NCBI GenBank assembly: GCA_965222655.1
Contig: CBDCUP010000004.1
Coordinates: forward strand, 10,134-74,133
Direction of reading: 5' to 3'
From: Acidobacteriota bacterium
GTDB lineage: Bacteria > Acidobacteriota > UBA6911 > RPQK01 > JAJDTT01
Length of the DNA stretch: 64,000 nt
Shown in pieces: positions 48,306 through 57,595 of the stretch. Every line of letters begins with the position of its first letter. Position 1 is the first letter of the stretch. Made by a program: the position numbers and the translations under genes. Under the pieces are notes generated by a model, which saw only the letters and a program-made list of their open reading frames with translations, was not told the origin of the DNA and made no database searches.

Positions 48306-49357
48306 GCTCCCTGCCGATTCGATTTTCTGAGCCAGAGGGTCTCGAAGCAGATCAGAGGATTCACGTTCTTCTCAACGTCTGATCTGGCCTCTCCCACATA
48401 GTAGAGGAAATCTCGTATCCAGTCCAGCTGGAGGCGATTTGATAGCGGCCGAAGTTGCTGCAGCCTGTCATGGTTGACGATTCGCTTCTCGGTCTCCACG
48501 CCTATGAAATAGAGATCTTCGGCCAACAGCCTCAGCAGATCCAGATAGTAGATGACCCGCTCCCGCTGTTTGAGTTCGCTTCGCATGGGTTCCGTCTCAC
48601 AGAGCTGGTAAAGGGCAGCGAAGGATTGACGTTCCTCCCAGTTGCAGAGGAGCTCGAGCATGCGGTCCCGGTCCGCCTGAATCTTGGACAAGTCGAGGCT
48701 CAAGGCCGTCCCGATGCTGCCATTGGCAAAGGCAGACAAGTGCTCTGCGTCGTGTGGTCCAGAGTGGGTTTCCAGATAGATCTTCATCTCCTCCCGACTG
48801 AGACGGCCGAAACGAAACCTCTGGCAACGGGAACGAATTGTTGGCAGGAGGAGTTCGGGAAAGCCAGTTGTCAGAATGATATGGGACGTCGCCGGCGGCT
48901 CCTCCAGAGTCTTCAGGATCGAGTTGGCTGCCTCCTGGGTCATTCTTTCTGCCCGGTCGATGATGAAGACTCGGATACTCCCTTGAAAGGGGTGGAACTG
49001 TGCTTCCCGGCTCAAACGTCGCATTGCATCAATACTGATGGAGGCTCCGCTGGATTCGAAAAGGATGACGTCTGGATGGTTTCCAGAAGCAATCTTGATA
49101 CAGGATTCACAGTTACCGCAGAAATCTCCGGAACCCGCGTCTCGGCAATTTGCCAGGGCAGCCAGGCTTAGGGCAAGGGTGGTTTTTCCAACCCCTTCGG
49201 CACCCACGAAAAGAGACGCTGGGGGCAGCGGAAGCTTCCTCAGTAGGTTCACCAGAACTTCATTTCCAACAAAGTCCTGGAGCCGGACCAAACTGCGCTG
49301 CTCCGGAGCAGGAAGATCCGCTTTGGACCGTTTCGATTTTCCCTGGTCAGCCGTCAC
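48302..49357 (-). CDS. holB: DNA polymerase III delta' subunit
   Basis: G.EGVGKT, C..C.SC, HPD, AANSILKTLEEP, TIRSRC. Located between tmk and ricT. Confidence 0.92.
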   Translation of the reverse strand: MTADQGKSKRSKADLPAPEQRSLVRLQDFVGNEVLVNLLRKLPLPPASLFVGAEGVGKTTLALSLAALANCRDAGSGDFCGNCESCIKIASGNHPDVILFESSGASISIDAMRRLSREAQFHPFQGSIRVFIIDRAERMTQEAANSILKTLEEPPATSHIILTTGFPELLLPTIRSRCQRFRFGRLSREEMKIYLETHSGPHDAEHLSAFANGSIGTALSLDLSKIQADRDRMLELLCNWEERQSFAALYQLCETEPMRSELKQRERVIYYLDLLRLLAEDLYFIGVETEKRIVNHDRLQQLRPLSNRLQLDWIRDFLYYVGEARSDVEKNVNPLICFETLWLRKSNRQGA

Positions 49358-50009
49358 CGATGATCCCTCTTTGTCTCATTACATTGAGCACTCTCCGAAA
49401 GACTTGCTGAGGTGTCCCGGAAGCGTCGATCAGGGCGATTCGCTTGCTCTCGCGTTCAGCCAGCAGCTGGTAGCCTTCCTGAACCTTCTGGTGAAAATCG
49501 ATTCCCTCTGCTTCGAAGCGGCCGTAGTCTTGGTTTCCTTCTTTGCTATCCCGGTCCCGGGCGCGGCCCAATCCGAGCGCTACTTCGACGACGAGGACGA
49601 GCGTCAGGTCGGGCATCCTGATCTCCAGCAACCTGGCCAACTCGTCAATCCTGGTGTAGCCGATTCCTCGGGCATGGCCCTGGTAGGCCAGGGTGGCGTC
49701 ATGGTAACGATCACAAAGGACGTGGAGACCTTGCCTGAGCGACGGTTCGATGACCTGTTTGACATGTTGATGCCGGTCTGCCAGATAGAGGAGAAGCTCC
49801 GATAGCGGCTCTCTTGCCGGGCCGTCTGTCCTCAATAGGATCTGCCTGAGGTCAGATCCGAACAGGGTCCCACCCGGCTCCCTCGTCGATATGAAGGGGA
49901 GCTTTCGACTTCTGAATTCTGCTTCGAGTAACCTTAGCTGGACGCCCTTGCCCGAGCCTTCTATGCCTTCGAAGGTAATGAATCTGGGTGTTTCTGTTGT
50001 CGTCGGCAT
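49347..50009 (-). CDS. tmk: Thymidylate kinase
   Basis: FITFEGIEGSGK, TREPGG, CDRY..T.AYQG. Confidence 0.95.
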   Translation of the reverse strand: MPTTTETPRFITFEGIEGSGKGVQLRLLEAEFRSRKLPFISTREPGGTLFGSDLRQILLRTDGPAREPLSELLLYLADRHQHVKQVIEPSLRQGLHVLCDRYHDATLAYQGHARGIGYTRIDELARLLEIRMPDLTLVLVVEVALGLGRARDRDSKEGNQDYGRFEAEGIDFHQKVQEGYQLLAERESKRIALIDASGTPQQVFRRVLNVMRQRGIIGDG

Positions 50010-50183
50010 TCTTCAGACCGGAGCGCTTGCGATCATCCGCAGCCTGGAGCAGGCCTTCGCTGATTGTCTCAGCGGCCTCAACCTAGATCGCCTTGTTTCT
50101 GAATCACAGTACCAAGGATCCAGGTTGGAGAATCCACTCGACCCACCGATATACTAGCATGGGCTTTTGAGTATACTGGCTTT

Positions 50184-50882
50184 GTGGTAGATATCGCCTC
50201 CAACCTCGAGCGGCTACGTGATCACATCGATTCAATTGCTCGCTCTTGTGGACGTCGCCCCGAATCGATCGATCTACTGGCGGTCTCGAAGACATTTCCG
50301 GCGGACGCAGTCGAGCAGGCGTTTCGAGTCGGACAGAGGTCCTTTGGAGAGAACAAGGTACAGGAAGCGAGATTCAAGATCCCGGCGGTCGGGACAAAGA
50401 CGATTCAGTGGCACCTGATTGGGAATCTTCAGCTCAACAAGGTGCGGAGAGCGGTCGAGCTTTTCGATGTCATCCAGACGCTGGATCGGGAAACGGTTGT
50501 GCTGAAGGTGGCCCGTTGCGCCGAAGAACTGGCGAAAAGGGTCGCCGTCTATATTCAGGTCAATGTCGGATCGGAAGATCAAAAGCATGGGGTCGAGCCC
50601 GATACGGTCAAGCAGTTGGTTGAATTGGTTGATCGTCAGCGCGGTCTCGACTTCTTGGGCCTCATGGCAATCCCACCCCACCAGAAGGATCCGGAAGGCT
50701 CTCGTCCCTACTTCCAGAAGCTCGCCGCCTTGATGGCGGAAGTCAATGAAGGCCGGCACAAACCGCTGACCCGACTCTCGATGGGAATGAGCCATGACTA
50801 TTCCGTGGCGATCGAGGAGGGAGCAACGCTGCTGCGGATCGGTTCGGCAATTTTCGGACGACGTGCGCCGCTCAAGCGCTAG
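50184..50882 (+). CDS. yggS: PLP homeostasis protein
   Basis: AVSK, FGENKVQE, WHLIG.LQ.NK, LSMGMS.DY, RIGSAIFG. Confidence 0.95.
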   Translation: MVDIASNLERLRDHIDSIARSCGRRPESIDLLAVSKTFPADAVEQAFRVGQRSFGENKVQEARFKIPAVGTKTIQWHLIGNLQLNKVRRAVELFDVIQTLDRETVVLKVARCAEELAKRVAVYIQVNVGSEDQKHGVEPDTVKQLVELVDRQRGLDFLGLMAIPPHQKDPEGSRPYFQKLAALMAEVNEGRHKPLTRLSMGMSHDYSVAIEEGATLLRIGSAIFGRRAPLKR

Positions 50883-50914
50883 CGATTCAGGTGTTACAGT
50901 CCACTAGCACTAGC

Positions 50915-51211
50915 ATGACGCTGAAGATCCATGAAAAGCGGGGACTCCTGTGTTTCAGGGTCCGTGTTCAGCCGAGTGCGCGGAGAAACGAGATCATAGG
51001 GCTCTCGGATGGGTCGCTGAGAATCAAGGTCGCTGCTCCGGCCCAGGATCTGCGGGCGAACCGCGAACTTCTGGAGTTTCTTGCCGATTTGTTGCATTTA
51101 CCGATGCATCGGCTGGTCGTTCTCAGAGGTGACCGCTCCAGGGAGAAGACGATCGGAGTGAGAGGTCTGAGCCGGCTTCAATTGAGCCGATCTCTAGGTT
51201 CTCTTCCTTAG
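50915..51211 (+). CDS. yggU: DUF167/YggU family protein
   Basis: VRVQP.A....I, L.IKV.AP....AN..L, G..SR.K. Confidence 0.85.
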   Translation: MTLKIHEKRGLLCFRVRVQPSARRNEIIGLSDGSLRIKVAAPAQDLRANRELLEFLADLLHLPMHRLVVLRGDRSREKTIGVRGLSRLQLSRSLGSLP

Positions 51212-51390
51212 GGCTCTGTCAAGAATAACTTCGCAGAGTTGGCGCTCAGCTTTGCGCCAGATTTGGTCGCGAACGATTGAGCGAAACCGCAGGCGTAGCC
51301 GGGCCTACATTGAGGATTTCGCGATTGAGGAGCGGCCGAAGATGGTGTGGAGATGAGATGCCAGAATGTGAAGCTATTTTTGACAGAGCC
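51212..51390. mobile_element. MITE family B, copy 1
   Basis: TIR GGCTCTGTCAAGAATAACTTCGCA / TGTGAAGCTATTTTTGACAGAGCC, with direct CTTAG flanks. Confidence 0.85.
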
Positions 51391-51506
51391 CTTAGATCGC
51401 CCGGCTTTGTAGTGGCGCGAAACGGGATGGCTCCTGGGCCGGATTTTTATCAGAGGGGCCTGCTACTATTCGTGCCCACAATCCAAAATTTCGAACGGGA
51501 GATAGC

Positions 51507-54227
51507 ATGAAGAAAGCGGCAAAGAAAGAGGGCGCAAATTCGGGTCTGAGCGTGAAGAGAGTTTTTACGAAGTCGGGAGTTCACCCTTTCGACGGGGTGG
51601 ACTGGGAAACTCGAACTGCGAAGATCACCGATTGGAAGACCGGTAAGGTAAGCTTCAGTCAAGAGGGGCTCGAGTTTCCAAAGTTCTGGTCTCAGCGCGC
51701 CACCGATATCGTTGCCAGCAAGTACTTTCGCGGACACATCGGGAGCCCGAATCGGGAGCACAGTGTCAAGCAGCTGATCGGAAGGATTGTCAACACAATG
51801 AGTGACTGGGGCGAGAAGATGAAATACTTCGCGACGCCTCAGGATGCCGAGACCTTCAATCATGAACTGTCGCATCTTCTGGTGCACCAGATGGCGGCTT
51901 TCAACTCCCCCGTGCAGTTCAATGTAGGCATCAAGCAGAAGCCTCAGTGCTCCGCCTGCTTCATCAACAGCGTCGACGATTCAATGGAACACATCATGCG
52001 GCTGGCCAGGACAGAGGCGGTTATCTTCAAGGGAGGATCCGGTTCGGGTGTCAACCTTTCGAAGATTCGTGCTTCCTGCGAGCCTCTGGCAACAGGCGGC
52101 TTTGCCTCGGGCCCCGTTTCCTTCATGAGGGGCTATGACAGTTTCGCCGGTGCGATCAAGTCAGGTGGAGCCACGCGTCGCGCCGCCAAGATGGTGATCC
52201 TCAATGCCGACCATCCGGACATTGAAGAGTTCATCTGGTGTAAGGCCAAAGAAGAAAAGAAGGCACGGCAGTTGATCGAACTGGGTTACGACGACTCCAT
52301 CGACGGCGAAGCCTATCGAACAGTACAGTTTCAGAATGCCAACAACAGCGTGAGTGTCACCGACGATTTCATGAAGAGTGTCGTCAGCGACGGAGAATGG
52401 CGTACCCGCAGAGTGACCGATGGAGGGGAGGTGGACACCTACAAGGCCAAGGACCTCATGGGTGCGATCGCCGACGCCACCTGGGAGTGTGGAGATCCGG
52501 GGCTACAGTTCTGGAGCACTCTGAACCAATGGCATACCTGCCCCAACAGTGGTCCCATCGATGGATGCAATCCGTGCTCGGAATATGTCTTTCTGGACAA
52601 TTCAGCCTGCAATCTCTCCTCTCTCAACCTGATCAAGTTTTTGAATGAGGACGGCCAGTTCGACCAGGAATCCTTTAAACATGTGGTGTCGATCATGATT
52701 CTGGCCCAGGAGATCATTGTCGACAACTCGAGCTACCCGACCGAAGAGATTGAGAAGATCAGTCACGACTATCGAACCTTGGGACTGGGGTATGCCAACC
52801 TGGGAGCTTTCCTGATGGCCCAGGGGCTTCCCTATGACGGTGACCGAGCCCGGAACCTGGCCGCTGCCATCACCGCTCTGATGACTGGTCAGGCCTACCT
52901 CACGAGCGCGGAGATCGCAGCGAATATGGGACCCTTTCCCGGATTCGAGGATAACCGGGTGCCGATGATGGGAGTGATACACAAGCACCGTGAGTCGCTT
53001 TCAAAGATCGACTCCGCCATGGTCCCCATGGATCTTCTGCACGGCGCCATGGAGGTTTGGGACGAGGCCATCCGCCAGGGTTCCCAGGAAGGTTATCGCA
53101 ATGCCCAGGTGACCCTGCTGGCTCCAACTGGGACGATCGCCTTCATGATGGACTGTGATACCACCGGCATCGAACCAGACTTTTCCCTCGTGAAGTTCAA
53201 GAAACTAGTGGGTGGAGGGACGCTGAAGATTGTCAATCATACGGTACCTCGAGCGCTCAAGAAGCTGGGCTACGACGAGGACGAGGTGAAGGACATTCTG
53301 GTCTACATGGACAAGAGCGAGACGGTCGAGGGTGCGCCCCATCTGAAGGATGAGCATCTTCCGGTTTTTGATTGTGCCGACAACCCAGCCAATGGAGTGC
53401 GCTCGATTTCCTACCTTGGACACATCAAGATGTGCGGTGCTGTTCAGCCGTTTCTGTCGGGTGCGATTTCCAAGACCATCAATCTCCCCTCTTCGGCGAC
53501 TGCTGCGGAGATCCTGGATGCCTACATCGAGGGCTGGAAGAATGGCATGAAGTCGATCTCGATCTATCGTGATGGTTGCAAGCTGGTCCAGCCGCTCTCC
53601 TCAAAGGAAGCGGTCCCCCAGGTGGCGGCCGTAACTCCTCGCCGCAACATGCCCAAGGACCACCCAGCCTTGCAGCATGAGTTCAGGATCAGAGGGTTCA
53701 AGGGCTTCCTCACAATGGGGCTGTATCCTGACGACGATCAATTGGGGGAGATCTTCGTGAACTTCGCCAAGCAAGGGTCGACGCTTCAAGGAATGGCGAT
53801 GGCATGGGCAATTGCTCTCTCAATGGGTATTCAGCGCGGTGTTCCCTTGGAGGACTACGTTCGTATCTTTTCCCACATGAGCTTCGAGCCTGCTGGTTAC
53901 ACGGATAATCCTCAGATTCCCTTTGCTACCTCCATACCCGACTATGTGGTGCGTCACCTGGCTACCAAGTTCCTCAGTCCCGAGACTCAGGAAGGGTTGG
54001 GTATCCACCAGGTCGAGCCCAACGGAAGTGTCCAGAATGGCGTGCAGGTCAGTTTCCCTGATTACCCTGACGACGATGACGAACCCAGAGCTGCTCCAGT
54101 GGCCGAGTCTTTCAAAGTAGATGTCCGTGGCGACTATCCCACCTGTATGGGATGTGGAAACCTGATGCAGCGGAATGGGAACTGCTACGTCTGCACTGTC
54201 TGCGGTAGTACCTCGGGCTGCAGCTGA
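51507..54227 (+). CDS. nrdJ: Class II (B12-dependent) ribonucleotide reductase
   Basis: FNSP, QCSACFI, RRAAKM, NPCSE, ACNL.SLNL, APTGTI, ISKTIN, YRDG, C-terminal Zn ribbon CGSTSGCS. Confidence 0.96.
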   Translation: MKKAAKKEGANSGLSVKRVFTKSGVHPFDGVDWETRTAKITDWKTGKVSFSQEGLEFPKFWSQRATDIVASKYFRGHIGSPNREHSVKQLIGRIVNTMSDWGEKMKYFATPQDAETFNHELSHLLVHQMAAFNSPVQFNVGIKQKPQCSACFINSVDDSMEHIMRLARTEAVIFKGGSGSGVNLSKIRASCEPLATGGFASGPVSFMRGYDSFAGAIKSGGATRRAAKMVILNADHPDIEEFIWCKAKEEKKARQLIELGYDDSIDGEAYRTVQFQNANNSVSVTDDFMKSVVSDGEWRTRRVTDGGEVDTYKAKDLMGAIADATWECGDPGLQFWSTLNQWHTCPNSGPIDGCNPCSEYVFLDNSACNLSSLNLIKFLNEDGQFDQESFKHVVSIMILAQEIIVDNSSYPTEEIEKISHDYRTLGLGYANLGAFLMAQGLPYDGDRARNLAAAITALMTGQAYLTSAEIAANMGPFPGFEDNRVPMMGVIHKHRESLSKIDSAMVPMDLLHGAMEVWDEAIRQGSQEGYRNAQVTLLAPTGTIAFMMDCDTTGIEPDFSLVKFKKLVGGGTLKIVNHTVPRALKKLGYDEDEVKDILVYMDKSETVEGAPHLKDEHLPVFDCADNPANGVRSISYLGHIKMCGAVQPFLSGAISKTINLPSSATAAEILDAYIEGWKNGMKSISIYRDGCKLVQPLSSKEAVPQVAAVTPRRNMPKDHPALQHEFRIRGFKGFLTMGLYPDDDQLGEIFVNFAKQGSTLQGMAMAWAIALSMGIQRGVPLEDYVRIFSHMSFEPAGYTDNPQIPFATSIPDYVVRHLATKFLSPETQEGLGIHQVEPNGSVQNGVQVSFPDYPDDDDEPRAAPVAESFKVDVRGDYPTCMGCGNLMQRNGNCYVCTVCGSTSGCS

Positions 54228-54247
54228 TTCCTGGCGGGCGATCTAAG

Positions 54248-54426
54248 GGTCTGCGCAAAAATAACTTGGCATTTTGGCATCTCATCTTCACGCCATCTTC
54301 GGCCGCTCCTCAATCACGAGATCCTCAACGTAGACCCGGCTACGCCTGCGGTTTCGCTCAATCGTTGGCGGCCCAATCTAGCGCAAATCTGAGCGCCAAT
54401 TCTACCAAGCTATTTTTGCGCAGACC
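54248..54426. mobile_element. MITE family B, copy 2 (inverted relative to copy 1)
   Basis: TIR GGTCTGCGCAAAAATAACTTGG / CCAAGCTATTTTTGCGCAGACC with CTAAG flanks. Interior is the approximate reverse complement of 51212-51390. Confidence 0.85.
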
Positions 54427-54489
54427 CTAAGCTGAAACTTCATTGGCAGAAGGAAGGTGTAGGAAAGAGCATCTGACAGAGCACTGACC

Positions 54490-54548
54490 TGTAGCACGGG
54501 CACTCTTGCCCGTCGAGGACACCGACGGGCAGGAGTGCCCATCCTACA
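54490..54548. repeat. GTAG-type REP doublet
   Basis: TGTAGCACGGGCACTCTTGCCCGT...ACGGGCAGGAGTGCCCATCCTACA. Confidence 0.8.
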
Positions 54549-54648
54549 ACCGACACGGTGCTATCGATCCTAGCAGTAGGAGACGACCGAAGTTTCTTTC
54601 TCGAATGGGGCCAGGGCTTCCTGGGGGCGCGACTAACCTGAAACTTGA

Positions 54649-54731
54649 TGTGGCTTCGGTCTCCAGGCCGAAGAATCTTCTTGTGCCGAGCCTTTGGCTC
54701 GACCCACGGCGGCCTGGAGACCGAAGCCACG
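54649..54731. repeat. REP doublet, copy 6
   Basis: GTGGCTTCGGTCTCCAGGCCG...CGAGCCTTTGGCTCG...CGGCCTGGAGACCGAAGCCAC. Confidence 0.8.
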
Positions 54732-54765
54732 GCACTGACCCAAAACTCCGACTCCGGCCAGTGAT

Positions 54766-55587
54766 CTAAAAGGGCATGCGGAACTGCTTGGAAATCCCTA
54801 TGATCAGCCCGTAGGAAGGATCCGTGTCTCGGAAGCCGAACAAAGCTCCAACGTCCCAGTAGAATCCTCCCCCCTGAATCTGGGCTCCTAGACGCAGACG
54901 GGATTGTTCCTCTGTCCCGATACCACCGGGACCGACTCTCCCATACGCGTCGGCGATGACGTTCATCTGAGGCCTGACCGGGTAGATTACGCCGAAGCCA
55001 TAAGAGAAGAGATCATCTTGCGCCGCCGCGTCTACAGGGTCTCCCAGGAGCGCTAATCCCAGATTGCCTATGAGGCGCATCTTTCCCAGACTCTTCTCGA
55101 AAATCAGGCTCGAGAAGAAGTTGGTTTCATCATTCCCCAGCCCACTCTCATTGGAGGTATTCGGCAGTTGAACGGCGAAGCGAGTTGCCACTGCCGGGGC
55201 CCCAGGACGCTCATCCAGCAGGCGCAGCTTGGTACCCATCGTGAGATCACCCCAGGCGCTGGTGGAGTTCCCTGCGAAGTTGAGAATGGAGGAATGAGGT
55301 GCGGGGAAGCGCTCTTCGATGTTCAGTAGCTCCTGGAAAGAGCCGAGCATCTGCACCTCGATCCTCTTCCCAGCACCGATTCGCAGGCCAGCGACTCCGA
55401 CCCGAGTCAGATCGCCCCTCAATCCAGAGAGCCGGAACACCGAATTTTGGAGGAAGTCGACCCCGAATTCAAAGAGGGCATGACCTTCCGGGACGGTTTC
55501 GACAGTCTCAGTTACCAGGGGACGTCGCTGGGCCGGAACGTCGAAAGATAGAGCAAGGCAGAGGAGTGTGGTCAGAATCAGAATCAC
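54766..55587 (-). CDS. Putative outer-membrane channel/beta-barrel protein
   Basis: Signal peptide, RPLVTE, GDL..G.K, amphipathic strands, terminal F. Confidence 0.65.
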   Translation of the reverse strand: MILILTTLLCLALSFDVPAQRRPLVTETVETVPEGHALFEFGVDFLQNSVFRLSGLRGDLTRVGVAGLRIGAGKRIEVQMLGSFQELLNIEERFPAPHSSILNFAGNSTSAWGDLTMGTKLRLLDERPGAPAVATRFAVQLPNTSNESGLGNDETNFFSSLIFEKSLGKMRLIGNLGLALLGDPVDAAAQDDLFSYGFGVIYPVRPQMNVIADAYGRVGPGGIGTEEQSRLRLGAQIQGGGFYWDVGALFGFRDTDPSYGLIIGISKQFRMPF

Positions 55588-55872
55588 CGAGGCAGTGTAT
55601 CAGTCCCCAGGAGAGAGTCAACCGACTTCGGGACACGGGGGGCGACCCCTCTTTTCAACGCCTGCCCGCTCCACTGTTTCTGGTTCCAAGGGGCGACAAG
55701 AAGTCCGATCTAGGAGTCTCCGCGGTAGAAATGATCGTAGCGAGGAAGCGGGGAATTGAGGCCAGATCTTCTCGATTGCGAAAGGCATAGTTGTTCTATT
55801 CGTCGAGAAATCGGGGAAATATGGGCCGATTCTACCGCTTTCGCAGTAGATCAGTTTCTACCGCGCAGACTC

Positions 55873-56622
55873 CTAGGAATGGACTGAACCCGTTTTGTCG
55901 CACAGATCCCCTAGCTCATACTGAAGAATCGAAAGAGCAGCCACGGCAGCTGTCTCTGTCCGGAGCACTCGCGGACCAAGACAAACCGGGGTGATCCCAT
56001 ACTGATCGAAAATGGCTCGATCCCGGTCGTCCCAACCGCCTTCCGGGCCCACGAAGAGCAGCGCTTGCTGGGAACCTCTATGTTGGGCCAGCAGATCCCG
56101 AAGGCAGGTTCCCCCTGCCTCATCTAGTCTGAATGTCGTCGAGGGGACCGTCTCTTCAGCCAGGAATTGCTCCAGGCTGACCGGGTGGCGCAGATGCGGC
56201 ACCCGGGATTGTCCGCTCTGTTTGACAGCTCCCAGCAATATTTTGTTCCAGCGCTCGATCTTGTTTTGTTCGCGACGTTCGCCCAACCTCACCTCGGTTC
56301 TCCAGGTGATGATGGGTAGGACTTCCCAGACTCCCAGTTCAGTGGCCTTCTCGAGGACCCACTCGAACCTGTCTCTTTTGACAAGGCTCTGTGCCAGCGT
56401 CACTTTCAGTAATGGTTGCCGCTGTGTCAGAACCGTTTCTATCTGGCCCCACCATCGGCTCTGATCCCGCTCCAGACGGCAGCGAAACTCCTTACCCAGC
56501 CCGTCCAGACCCAGAAACATCTGGCCCGGTTGCAGGCGGCGTACGCGAACGAGGTGGTGGATTTCTTCCTCGGACAGTTCGACCTGCTCATCGCTGCGGA
56601 CCTTGACCAAAGCTCGGTACAT
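55873..56622 (-). CDS. rsmE: 16S rRNA m3U1498 methyltransferase
   Basis: HHL.RV.R, EKATELGV, QSG, VGPEGGW, LGPRVLRTETA. Confidence 0.95.
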   Translation of the reverse strand: MYRALVKVRSDEQVELSEEEIHHLVRVRRLQPGQMFLGLDGLGKEFRCRLERDQSRWWGQIETVLTQRQPLLKVTLAQSLVKRDRFEWVLEKATELGVWEVLPIITWRTEVRLGERREQNKIERWNKILLGAVKQSGQSRVPHLRHPVSLEQFLAEETVPSTTFRLDEAGGTCLRDLLAQHRGSQQALLFVGPEGGWDDRDRAIFDQYGITPVCLGPRVLRTETAAVAALSILQYELGDLCDKTGSVHS

Positions 56623-56666
56623 CTTCCCTCTCGCCTCGATCTTGCCTCGGAGGCTCCAGCTGCAGC

Positions 56667-57500
56667 TTACACGCCAAGCTGGTGGCAGCACCATCCGTTC
56701 TGCGACCAGGACTTCACCGAAGGCAGCGCAAACAGATCTAATACCTCCGCTTCCTGATCCTCGGTGAATCCTGACACGATCAGGTTGCACCTGGTCAACC
56801 GGGCTAGATCTGCCGATGCCTGGCGAAAGATTCCCAGCGTCAGATTAGCGACTACAAGATCGAATGAACCTCCCAAGATTGCGAGCTCTCCGGTAAAGAA
56901 ACTTATGTTCTCGATCCGGTTGCTGAAAGAGTTTCGCCTCGCCTCGGAAGTGGCCTCCGGATCGTTGTCCATGGCCACGACTTGAAGGTTGGCGCTCAGC
57001 TTCCGGGCCGCAATGGCTAGGATTCCAGATCCCGTTCCTGCATCGAGCAGATTGGTTGAGCCAGGGATCAGTGCTGCGAGAGCATCCAGACAAAGCTGTG
57101 TGGACTCGTGAGTTCCCGTGCCGAATGCCCGGCCCGGCTTGATCCTCAAGTTGAGAGGATGGAGATCGGAGGGTCTCTCCCAGGGCGGATGGATATAGAA
57201 GGTAGATCCCACTGAAAACCCACTAAACTGTTTTCTGAATTCCCTCACCCAGTGATCGGGATCGACCTTAAGCCGAGTAATCCGAAACTCGACAATCGAG
57301 TGATCACGGCCCAGCGAGTTGAGGGAGTTCTCTATGGGCTGGGTTGATTGGGTGGAATTGAAGAAGGCCTTGAAGAGGGTGTGATGCTCTTGCGGGATTT
57401 CCTCTACGCCGACGGAATCGAGTTCCCAACAAAGCTCGCTGAAGAGATCCGACTGTTCCACCGGAAGATATGCTTCGACACAAATCCATTCTTGGTGCAA
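56667..57500 (-). CDS. prmA: Ribosomal protein L11 methyltransferase
   Basis: PGRAFGTGTHESTQLC, LDAGTGSGILAI, VVANL. Follows dnaJ. Confidence 0.92.
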   Translation of the reverse strand: MHQEWICVEAYLPVEQSDLFSELCWELDSVGVEEIPQEHHTLFKAFFNSTQSTQPIENSLNSLGRDHSIVEFRITRLKVDPDHWVREFRKQFSGFSVGSTFYIHPPWERPSDLHPLNLRIKPGRAFGTGTHESTQLCLDALAALIPGSTNLLDAGTGSGILAIAARKLSANLQVVAMDNDPEATSEARRNSFSNRIENISFFTGELAILGGSFDLVVANLTLGIFRQASADLARLTRCNLIVSGFTEDQEAEVLDLFALPSVKSWSQNGWCCHQLGV

Positions 57501-57529
57501 GCGTGAACCCGGCGATGAGAACTCGAGTA

Positions 57530-57595
57530 CTTAGTGCAGCTCGCTCCAAGTTCTGACCCCTGGTTCAAAACTTGTGGCGCGCTGTACTAAGCTAG
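57530..57595. repeat. Short hairpin repeat after dnaJ, with a second copy after hrcA (59622-59686)
   Basis: AAGTTCTGA(C/A)CCCTGGTTCAAAA..TGTGGCGCGCTG(T/C)ACT...CTAG is shared. TTAGTGCAGC/GCTGTACTAA forms an IR. Confidence 0.6.

Noticed and set aside
51396-51506. Cobalamin riboswitch or NrdR box upstream of nrdJ
   Set aside because: No B12-box or acaCwAtATaTwGtg-like palindrome could be recognised by eye.
51212-54426. Composite transposon carrying nrdJ
   Set aside because: Each MITE has its own target duplication and different termini, indicating independent insertions.
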